Shown here: one piece after another, positions 1-6,244 of the stretch
How the letters are laid out: each line of letters starts with the position of its first letter
How positions within the stretch are numbered: the stretch's first letter is position 1
IMG/VR virus record: IMGVR_UViG_2693429508_000008
Source of the DNA: a virus
Lineage: Duplodnaviria > Heunggongvirae > Uroviricota > Caudoviricetes
Length of the DNA stretch: 6,533 bases
Direction: 5' to 3' (one strand)
Made by a program: the position numbers and the translations under genes
The notes under the pieces: generated by a model
What the model was told of the DNA's origin: nothing
What the model saw: only the letters and a program-made list of their open reading frames with translations
The model's database searches: none

Positions 1-33
1 GACAGTGCGATCCCGCCAGGCTTCAGGGGGTAA
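1..33 (+). CDS. 3' end of an upstream gene (partial; possibly the replication initiator partner of the DnaC-like protein)
   Basis: Frame 1 is open from the window edge to TAA at 31-33. That stop sits within or just after the GGGGG ribosome-binding site of the next gene (ATG 40). Only 10 codons are visible, so identity is a guess from synteny. Confidence 0.3.
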   Translation, partial: DSAIPPGFRG

Positions 34-39
34 CAGACC

Positions 40-786
40 ATGAAAAATATTGCGACAGGAGGCGTTCTGGAGCGTATCCGCAGACTGACCCCACCACATG
101 TAACCGCCCCATTCAGAACGGTTGCGGAGTGGCGCGAGTGGCAACTTGCTGAAGGCCAGAAACGTTGCGAGGAGATCAACCGCCTGAATCGTCAGTTGCG
201 GGTGGAAAAAATCCTGAACCGCTCCGGCATCCAGCCGTTGCACCGGAAGTGTTCGTTTGCGAATTACCGGGCGCAGAACGACGGTCAGCGACATGCACTG
301 AGTCAGGCGAAATCCATAGCTGACGAACTGATGACAGGCTGTACGAATTTTGTGTTCAGCGGTAAGCCCGGCACCGGAAAAAATCATCTTGCAGACGCGA
401 TTGGCAACCGGCTGATGGCGAAGGGGCGTAGCGTGATTATCGTCACCGTGTCCGATGTCATGAGCGTGTTGCATGAGAGCTACGACAACGGCAAATCCGG
501 TGAAAAATTTTTACAGGAGCTTTGTGGTGTTGACCTGCTGGTCCTGGATGAAATTGGCATGCAGCGGGATACGAAAAACGAGCAGGTGGTACTGAACCAG
601 ATTGTTGATCGCCGGACGGCATCGTTACGCGGTGTGGGGATGCTGACAAATATTAACCATGCAGCGATGAATACACTTCTCGGCGAGCGGGTGATGGATC
701 GCATGGTCATGAACGGCGGGCGCTGGGTGAATTTTAACTGGGAGAGCTGGCGTCCGAATGTTAGCCATTCGAGGGTTGTTAAGTAG
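40..786 (+). CDS. DnaC-like replicative helicase loader (phage replication protein, IstB/DnaC AAA+ family)
   Basis: 248-aa ORF with ribosome-binding site GGGGG about 8 nt upstream of ATG. Translation closely parallels E. coli DnaC along its whole length, including Walker A (FSGKPGTGKNHLA), Walker B (LLVLDEIG) and the C-terminal GERVMDRM motif. Confidence 0.9.
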   Translation: MKNIATGGVLERIRRLTPPHVTAPFRTVAEWREWQLAEGQKRCEEINRLNRQLRVEKILNRSGIQPLHRKCSFANYRAQNDGQRHALSQAKSIADELMTGCTNFVFSGKPGTGKNHLADAIGNRLMAKGRSVIIVTVSDVMSVLHESYDNGKSGEKFLQELCGVDLLVLDEIGMQRDTKNEQVVLNQIVDRRTASLRGVGMLTNINHAAMNTLLGERVMDRMVMNGGRWVNFNWESWRPNVSHSRVVK

Positions 787-800
787 TTTCAGGAGGATTT

Positions 801-1223
801 ATGGCGAAACCTTTTACTCCCGAACAGCGGGAAGAACTGAAGACGCGAATTGTGGAACTCGTGCATCAGGACGGTCGGGTCACGATTCGGCAGTTGTCAG
901 ATGAAACAGGTATCAGTCGTGCGTCTGTCGGTCGCTTATGCATAGAACTGGTCGCAAGTGGTGATGTATATAATTCTGGCTACGGCTTATTCCCGTCTGA
1001 ACAGGCTCGCAAGGACTGGCAAAGCGCCCGCAAAAAACTCTCGAGAGTAAAGGTGAGGAAACCGGTTGTTGTTGATCCGGACCTTATCTGGTCATTACCT
1101 GACGGAGAAATACGCCGCTACGACAGGCGCCTGAATATAATCTGTCGCGAGTGCCGGAAGAGCGAAGCTATGCAGCGTGTACTGGCTTTCTATCAGGGTA
1201 ATTTTCAGGAGGCGATACTGTGA
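801..1223 (+). CDS. Hypothetical phage protein, possible N-terminal winged-helix DNA-binding domain
   Basis: 140-aa ORF with strong AGGAGG ribosome-binding site 5 nt upstream of ATG 801, 14 nt after the dnaC-like stop. N-terminal segment TIRQLSDETGISRASVGRLCIELVASG is helix-turn-helix-like; the C-terminal half has a CRECRK motif. No family recognised. Confidence 0.6.
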   Translation: MAKPFTPEQREELKTRIVELVHQDGRVTIRQLSDETGISRASVGRLCIELVASGDVYNSGYGLFPSEQARKDWQSARKKLSRVKVRKPVVVDPDLIWSLPDGEIRRYDRRLNIICRECRKSEAMQRVLAFYQGNFQEAIL

Positions 1224-1637
1224 ATGAAATTAGCTATCAGGCTTCAATTACCGCTGGCATTCGCATCAAAGGAGAGGAGCATGGAAATAAAACCAGAAGA
1301 TGAGTTAAGCAATATCGTTTTATTTCCGGTAAAAGAGGATGACCCTCGTAATCAGGTTAATTTTCTTTATGAGCCATCGGAAAGACCATATTGCCATCAC
1401 GCCTCTGTACGGGTTGACGAAAAAGAGCGTCAGGTCCGCTGTAAAATCTGCGGTGCGGTTGTGGAGCCGTTTGACTGGATGCTCTCTGTGGCAAAAAGAG
1501 AAACCAGACTGGCAGATGATGTAAGGCTATTGCGCCAGGAGGAACAGGAAAGGCGGAGAAATATAGAAAAGCTGATACAGATTGAGCGTAACGCGAAAGC
1601 GCGGATACGCAGGGCGACAAAATCCAGAACTGAATAA
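1224..1637 (+). CDS. Hypothetical phage protein with a possible zinc-ribbon (CHH...CxxC) and a basic coiled-coil C-terminus
   Basis: 137-aa ORF; ATG 1224 directly abuts the upstream TGA (1221-1223) with AGGAGG 11 nt upstream. An alternative start at ATG 1281 (MEIKPEDE...) has GGAG 6 nt upstream. Contains C-H-H...C-K-I-C and an Arg/Glu-rich tail. No family recognised. Confidence 0.55.
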   Translation: MKLAIRLQLPLAFASKERSMEIKPEDELSNIVLFPVKEDDPRNQVNFLYEPSERPYCHHASVRVDEKERQVRCKICGAVVEPFDWMLSVAKRETRLADDVRLLRQEEQERRRNIEKLIQIERNAKARIRRATKSRTE

Positions 1638-1784
1638 TTAAATTTAGCACTGTTAAAAATTTAATCCTTAACCGGAGGGATTTCTGCACCCTCAAATCAT
1701 CAGGAGACCGCCCGAAAGGGCGGGGAGCAGTCACACATCTGTTTCCGATAGCCCCGTTCTAATGCTACACTCTTTGATATTTTT

Positions 1785-2471
1785 ATGACCCCAATAAACA
1801 TATTTATGACAGTTGCTGATTTCAAACGGCCCAAATTGGAGCTCCCAAACGGGGCAAACAAACTACTACTGCACTCTTGCTGTGCTCCATGTTCCGGTGA
1901 GGTGATGGAGGCGCTTCAGGCCTCGGGAATCGACTACACCATCTTTTTCTACAACCCGAACATTCATCCTCAGAAAGAGTATTTAATTCGTAAGGATGAG
2001 AATATTCGCTTTGCTGAACAACACGGCGTGCCGTTTATTGATGCTGATTACGACACAGACAACTGGTTTGAACGAGCCAAAGGAATGGAATGGGAGCCCG
2101 AACGAGGGATCCGTTGCACCATGTGTTTTGACATGCGTTTTGAGCGGACAGCGCTGTACGCCGCTGAAAATGGTTTCAGTGTGATCAGCAGTTCACTGGG
2201 CATTTCACGCTGGAAAAATATGCAGCAGGTTAACGACTGTGGGCGGCGAGCCGTCGCGCATTATCCGGGCATGGTGTACTGGGATTATAACTGGCGCAAG
2301 CAGGGCGGCTCGTCCCGTATGATTGAAATCAGCAAGCGCGAAAAATTCTATCAGCAGGAATATTGTGGCTGTGTGTATTCTCTGCGCGATACCAATCTAC
2401 ACCGCAAATCTCAGGGACGCCCTCTTATCAAAATTGGTCAACTCCACTACGGTAAAGAAGAGAAGGAGTGA
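1785..2471 (+). CDS. queH: QueH-like protein (DUF208; putative epoxyqueuosine reductase, tRNA queuosine biosynthesis)
   Basis: 228-aa ORF containing the [11 protein letters not shown] motif and further conserved Cys residues (CTMCFD, CGC) that I recognise as typical of DUF208/QueH. No obvious Shine-Dalgarno at ATG 1785 or the alternative ATG 1806, so the start is uncertain. Assignment is by motif recall, not by search. Confidence 0.7.
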   Translation: MTPINIFMTVADFKRPKLELPNGANKLLLHSCCAPCSGEVMEALQASGIDYTIFFYNPNIHPQKEYLIRKDENIRFAEQHGVPFIDADYDTDNWFERAKGMEWEPERGIRCTMCFDMRFERTALYAAENGFSVISSSLGISRWKNMQQVNDCGRRAVAHYPGMVYWDYNWRKQGGSSRMIEISKREKFYQQEYCGCVYSLRDTNLHRKSQGRPLIKIGQLHYGKEEKE

Positions 2472-2492
2472 TTTTATGGGGCACCTTTCTGA

Positions 2493-2522
2493 TTGATTTC
2501 ATATTGGCGAGGTAAGTAGAAT
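2493..2522 (+). promoter_or_regulatory. Candidate sigma70 promoter for the hok mRNA (-35 TTGATT 2493-2498, -10 TAGAAT 2517-2522, 18-bp spacer)
   Basis: Hexamers and spacing read directly from the sequence. The predicted start (about 2529) coincides with a 5' element complementary to the 3' end of the hok transcript. Confidence 0.4.
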
Positions 2523-2698
2523 GACTGCGGGTGCTTGAGGCTATCTGCTTCAGGCATGAACACCAAAAGGCAGATAGAGAAAAGCCCCAGTTAACATTAC
2601 GCGTCCGGCAAGACGCTTAACATTAATCTGAGGCCAATTTCATGCTTTGCACATGTAGGTTAGCCTCTTACATGCCGAAAGGCAAGGAGAAGCAGGCT

Positions 2699-2854
2699 AT
2701 GAAGCAGCAAAAGGCGATGTTAATCGCCCTGATCGTCATCTGTTTAACCGTCATAGTGACGGCACTGGTAACGAGGAAAGACCTCTGTGAGGTACGAATC
2801 CGAACCGGCCAGACGGAGGTCGCTGTCTTCGTAGACTACGAATCCAGGAAGTAA
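2699..2854 (+). CDS. hok: Hok/Gef-family type I toxin (small membrane-depolarising peptide), HokD/RelF-like
   Basis: 51-aa translation MKQQKAMLIALIVICLTVIVTALVTRKDLCEVRIRTGQTEVAVFVDYESRK has the Hok signature (hydrophobic helix, then TRK-LCE-R-R-G--EVA-F--YES-K). AAGGAGA ribosome-binding site at 2685-2691. The longer in-frame ORF from 2642 is probably leader sequence. Confidence 0.9.
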   Translation: MKQQKAMLIALIVICLTVIVTALVTRKDLCEVRIRTGQTEVAVFVDYESRK

Positions 2855-2932
2855 GAGTGACCGGGCGGGGAGCTGATCCCATCCCCGCCCACCTCTGATG
2901 TGTCAGGCATCCTCAACGCACCCGCACTTAAC

Positions 2933-2976
2933 CCGCCCATCGCTGTGATCTCTCAGCGTTTCGGCGGGTTTTTTGT
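2933..2976 (+). terminator. Rho-independent terminator at the 3' end of the hok transcript
   Basis: Composite stem CCCGCC (2933-2938)/GGCGGG (2964-2969) with inner stem CGCTG/CAGCG, followed by TTTTTTGTTGTTTATTT. Confidence 0.7.
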
Positions 2977-3103
2977 TGTTTATTTCCGGTGAATTTGATT
3001 CGCGCACCTTCGCAGATAGAATCGACTCACTTAAGTAGCGCGCAGGGAGAAGAGGGATGGACCCCGAACAGGGGAGAGCTATTTATCTGGAAGGATTCTG
3101 AAG

Positions 3104-3391
3104 ATGAAAATCGAAGAATTGCGTGAAATTTTTAGTGAAAATGGCCTCTATGCTGTGCGCGTTGAGAATGGAGCGATTGTCAGCCATTGCCGCATTAGAT
3201 GTTTGCAATCTCAACAAAGGAAGAGCGGTGCTGTGTTATTTTATTTTTGTAATGGACTTCTGACGGACGGTTTTATTTTGCGTGAGGACGAATTTGTCAC
3301 ATCATTACGGGTTTTGAAAGAGATTGGTTTTAAGGCTGGTTTTCTGCTTTTGCTGAAGAATAAACTCATCTACAATCTTGAGCAGGATTGA
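3104..3391 (+). CDS. Hypothetical small phage protein (95 aa)
   Basis: ORF with AAGGA 8 nt upstream of ATG 3104. Its stop TGA (3389-3391) lies 38 nt before the next gene's probable ATG at 3430. No family recognised. Confidence 0.5.
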   Translation: MKIEELREIFSENGLYAVRVENGAIVSHCRIRCLQSQQRKSGAVLFYFCNGLLTDGFILREDEFVTSLRVLKEIGFKAGFLLLLKNKLIYNLEQD

Positions 3392-3429
3392 ACTCCTGCT
3401 GTGTAACACCGTGCCACCGGAGAAAGCCG

Positions 3430-4229
3430 ATGGCACATATACAACTGGTCAAACAAACCTCTTCCGGATTACTTCTCCCGGCGACGCCGGAGAGTTGCGA
3501 TTTTCTGCATCAAATCAAAATAGGTGAGTGGATACACGCAGACTTTAAGCGTGTGTGTAACTACGCATTCCACAAGCGTTTTTTCAAACTCCTGCAACTG
3601 GGTTTCGATTACTGGACTCCGGTCGGTGGGGCGATCACGCCTCGCGAACGAAAACTGGTGTCCGGTTTCGTTGATTACCTGTGTGAATCAGTAGGCCGGG
3701 AACATACGCCAGCTCTGAGCGAAGCCGCAGAGCAATATCTGAATACAGTTGCGACACGCAGAACCAGTGATACGGCATTGCTAAAGTCGTTTGAGGCTTT
3801 CCGCGAGTGGGTAGCCATTCAGGCCGGATTTTACACCGAGCATTTTTATCCGGACGGTAGCCGTGGGTGTCGGGCGAAATCTATCGCGTTTGCGAATATG
3901 GACGAAACCGAGTTTCAGCAGGTTNCGCAGAGCAATATCTGAATACAGTTGCGACACGCAGAACCCGGGATACGGCATTGCTAAAGTCGTTTGAGGCTTT
4001 TCGCGAGTGGGTAACCATTCAGGCTGGATTTTACACCGAACATTTTTATCCGGACGGTAGCCGCGGGCGTCGGGCAAAATCCATCGCTTTTGCGAATATG
4101 GACGAAACCGAGTTTCAGCAGGTTTATAAATCTGTTCTGAATGTGCTGTGGAACTGGATTCTGTTCCGTAAATTTTCCTCTCCGGAACAAGTCGAAAATG
4201 TGGCCGCGCAGCTGCTGGAGTTTGCGTAA
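3430..4229 (+). pseudogene. Conserved lambdoid nin-region protein (DUF1367-like by recollection) with its frame broken by a ~200-bp tandem duplication containing an N
   Basis: Probable start ATG 3430 (GGAGA 6 nt upstream); the ORF-track start at 3388 is a TTG. The reading frame runs to 3942, then the same protein segment (AEQYLNTVATRR...DETEFQQV) recurs in a +2-shifted frame that continues to TAA 4227-4229. Removing one repeat copy would restore a single ORF of about 200 aa. Confidence 0.6.
3726..4124 (+). repeat. Imperfect direct tandem duplication, 2 x 199 bp (3726-3924 and 3926-4124), joined by ambiguous base N at 3925
   Basis: Copies aligned by eye: 11 mismatches in 199 bp (about 94% identity). 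Period is exactly 200 bp. Confidence 0.85.
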
Positions 4230-4519
4230 TGGTGGATTTACGTAAAGCGGCGCGGGGGCAGATGTGCACCGTCAGAATTCCTGGCTACTGCAATCACGAT
4301 CCGGAAACGTCTGTGCTGGCGCATTACCGACTGGCGGGAACGTGCGGAACAGCGATAAAGCCACACGATATGCAGGCAGCGATTGCCTGTAGCTCGTGCC
4401 ACGATTTAATCGACGGGCGGGTAAAAACCAGCGATTACACCAAAGAAGAATTACGCCTGATGCATGCAGAAGGTGTTTTTCGCACACAAGAAATCTGGAG
4501 AAAGGAGGGATATTTATGA
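4229..4519 (+). CDS. ybcO: YbcO-like protein (DUF1364; putative Zn-binding nuclease of lambdoid nin regions)
   Basis: 96-aa ORF. Start ATG 4229 overlaps the upstream stop (TAATG); GGAG 8 nt upstream. Translation MVDLRKAARG...CTVRIPGYCN...ETSVLAH...IACSSCHD matches my recollection of E. coli DLP12 YbcO in length and Cys/His pattern. Confidence 0.75.
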   Translation: MVDLRKAARGQMCTVRIPGYCNHDPETSVLAHYRLAGTCGTAIKPHDMQAAIACSSCHDLIDGRVKTSDYTKEELRLMHAEGVFRTQEIWRKEGYL

Positions 4520-5070
4520 TTTACCCAACGAATACAGGAAAAAGCGGAGAACACCTTCGTCTCACCACGCTGGAAAGTGTCTGGATTCAGGGAAAACTAC
4601 GTATGTGGGGGCGCTGGTCGTATATTGGTGGCGGTAAGACGGGGAATATGTTTAACCTGATGTTGACCTCTAAAAAGCTGACAAAAACGGCAATTAACGA
4701 GGCGCTCCGGAGGATGAAAAAAGCAGGTCTGAACAAGTCTGAACTTGAGGCTTTTTTGCGGGATATGATTAACGGTAAGCAAAAGAGCTGGCTGGCGCAT
4801 TGTACTGATGCAGAGGCGTTATGTATTGATCGGGTCATAAGTGAGGTGCTGGCAGAGCATCCAGGATTGATTAGCGTCCTTCGGCAACGGTATGAGGGGC
4901 GGGGGATGACCAAACGCAAAATGGCTGAACTGCTGAATGATGCACACCCGAAATGGAGTTTAAGAACCTGTGAAAGACGCATTGAGCATTGGCTAAAGGT
5001 GGCAGAATTTATTTTGTACAAACCAATGGTTATGGCTTTTGGTATAGAGAAAAAAGTTATTGCTTTTTGA
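4516..5070 (+). CDS. Putative late-gene antitermination protein Q (Q-like, non-lambda type); assignment by synteny and weak motif resemblance
   Basis: 184-aa ORF. Start ATG 4516 overlaps the ybcO-like stop (ATGA) with AAGGAGGG 6 nt upstream; the longer ORF from 4396 is rejected. Position (last gene before a terminator and tRNA cluster) and an N-terminal RMWGRW motif resemble the E. coli prophage Q family. Not verified. Confidence 0.5.
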   Translation: MIYPTNTGKSGEHLRLTTLESVWIQGKLRMWGRWSYIGGGKTGNMFNLMLTSKKLTKTAINEALRRMKKAGLNKSELEAFLRDMINGKQKSWLAHCTDAEALCIDRVISEVLAEHPGLISVLRQRYEGRGMTKRKMAELLNDAHPKWSLRTCERRIEHWLKVAEFILYKPMVMAFGIEKKVIAF

Positions 5071-5151
5071 CGTAAAAACTGCTTCAATTCTTGTACGCTT
5101 CGCAAAGCTGTACCGCGAGGCGAATAGCAGACATGGACATTTGAAAGAGCC

Positions 5152-5175
5152 CGCTTTATGCGGGTTTTTTTATAC
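5152..5175 (+). terminator. Rho-independent terminator downstream of the Q-like gene (candidate tR'-like site)
   Basis: Stem AGCCCGC (5152-5158)/GCGGGTT (5164-5170) with a 5-nt loop, followed by a run of 7 T. Confidence 0.65.
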
Positions 5176-5221
5176 CTGAAAAACGGCACAGGACGTTAAA
5201 CGTGCTGGTGGTCAGATGAGT

Positions 5222-5250
5222 TTGCAGATGTGATGACATATGGTTATTAT
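5222..5250 (+). promoter_or_regulatory. Weak candidate promoter for the tRNA cluster (-35 TTGCAG 5222-5227, -10 TATTAT 5245-5250, 17-bp spacer)
   Basis: Hexamers read from sequence; the -10 ends 10 nt before tRNA position 1. The -35 is a poor match. Confidence 0.3.
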
Positions 5251-5259
5251 TCTGCCTCC

Positions 5260-5336
5260 GGCCCTTTAGCTCAGTTGGTCAGAGCGAGCGACTCATAATC
5301 GCCAGGTCGCTGGTTCAAGTCCAGCAAGGGCCACCA
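5260..5336 (+). tRNA. tRNA with CAU anticodon (Met or lysidine-type Ile2; likely Ile by analogy with lambdoid-phage ileZ)
   Basis: Cloverleaf folded by hand: acceptor GGCCCTT/AAGGGCC, D arm GCTC...GAGC, anticodon loop CTCATAA, T arm GCTGG-TTCAAGT-CCAGC, encoded CCA at 5334-5336. Resembles E. coli ileX. Confidence 0.85.
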
Positions 5337-5337
5337 A

Positions 5338-5411
5338 CCACCACTAGCTCATCCGGATAGAGCATCAACCTTCTAAGTTGACGGTGCGAGGTTCGAGTCC
5401 TCGGTGGTGGG
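5338..5411 (+). tRNA. tRNA-Arg (anticodon UCU, reads AGA)
   Basis: Acceptor CCACCAC/GTGGTGG, anticodon stem TCAAC/GTTGA with loop CTTCTAA, T arm CGAGG-TTCGAGT-CCTCG, discriminator G5411. The 3' CCA is not encoded (CCT follows). Starts 1 nt after the preceding tRNA. Confidence 0.8.
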
Positions 5412-5416
5412 CCTGC

Positions 5417-5492
<76 letters not shown>

Positions 5493-5495
5493 TAT

Positions 5496-5570
<75 letters not shown>

Positions 5571-6183
5571 GCGAGATTTGAGACGAAGGTTGTTATTTGC
5601 ACTGACACAATATTGTGTGGGAATGTCTGACTCCTTACCATCTCCTGTTCTGTGATGTTGTTTTGTTGCAGTTCCAGTGCTCTTTTTTCAGCACCAGAAT
5701 GGTGCATTGTCGGTCAGGTTACGTAGTGAACCTCTGGCAGGGGACTGATGATTCATCATTCTGGTGTTGTAAATATCTCTTCGGACAACTTACAAAATAT
5801 TCTAAGCAAACCCCGGGAACACACTCTTAACTGCCTTGGCTGGCGGTTTTTTGTACAGTGCTCGGTATGTGTGAGCTGGAAATCAGATTTTGCATGGACT
5901 GGAATCATGCTGTTATTTAGGGGCGAAGAACTGGCTTTTTCTTCCGCCTTCTCACCAGTAACGATTAGAAAAATAATGAAATGCCCCCCTCCGGGGAGGA
6001 GGACCGTAGAAAAAAGGACCCGCCAGCAAAAACATTGGGGATGAACAGCTTTCGCTACTCAGATTGCTGGCGGGTAAAGTTCCTCATGAATTAAGAATGC
6101 TACGCGATCTTTTTTAATGGAAATGAAAATTATTGTCAATTAGTCGTGCGTGTTTTTTCATACAATATTGGTAAAGGTGATTC

Positions 6184-6219
6184 AGGCCATCAGAGTTTTG
6201 CTGATGGCCTTTTTTCTTT
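6184..6219 (+). terminator. Strong rho-independent terminator
   Basis: Perfect 10-bp stem AGGCCATCAG (6184-6193)/CTGATGGCCT (6201-6210) with loop AGTTTTG, followed by TTTTTTCTTT. Confidence 0.75.
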
Positions 6220-6244
6220 CCGATAGCACAGGTCTGTCGGGGGG

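Noticed and set aside
458-710. Minus-strand ORFs of 63 and 76 aa inside the dnaC-like gene
   Set aside because: Embedded in a gene whose frame is confirmed by full-length DnaC similarity and Walker motifs.
1357-1734. 125-aa minus-strand ORF, plus internal plus-strand ORFs 1339-1524 and 1996-2184
   Set aside because: Overlap better-supported plus-strand genes, lack ribosome-binding sites, and break the otherwise uniform plus-strand operon layout.
2642-2854. 70-aa extended form of the hok ORF
   Set aside because: Hok-family toxins are about 50 aa; the Hok homology begins at ATG 2699, which has its own AAGGAGA site. The upstream in-frame part is probably structured leader sequence.
3388-3429. 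TTG start at 3388 for the nin-region gene
   Set aside because: A non-ATG start overlapping the upstream stop with no ribosome-binding site; ATG 3430 with GGAGA 6 nt upstream is better supported.
3781-4269. 162-aa and 69-aa minus-strand ORFs across the duplicated region
   Set aside because: Antisense to the conserved plus-strand gene and spanning the N; mirror-image duplicated peptides indicate a shadow of the repeat, not a gene.
4396-5070. Longer 224-aa form of the Q-like ORF starting at 4396
   Set aside because: It would overlap the ybcO-like gene by 124 nt in another frame; ATG 4516 has a strong AAGGAGGG ribosome-binding site and the typical ATGA stop-start overlap.
4587-5189. 200-aa minus-strand ORF antisense to the Q-like gene (and a 67-aa ORF at 4597-4800)
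   Set aside because: Lies wholly within a well-supported plus-strand gene, has no ribosome-binding site, and its translation is low-complexity Ser/Arg-rich, typical of a shadow frame.
5615-6044. Plus-strand ORFs 5615-5830 (71 aa) and 5748-6044 (98 aa) after the tRNAs
   Set aside because: No Shine-Dalgarno sequences, overlapping frames, and Cys/Trp-rich low-complexity translations; more likely non-coding. Neither resembles Shiga toxin subunits.
6133-6166. Possible promoter TTGTCA (6133-6138) and TACAAT (6161-6166) just before the terminator at 6184
   Set aside because: Spacer of 22 bp is too long for a sigma70 promoter, and a start there would give a transcript of only about 20-50 nt; not supportable from sequence alone.
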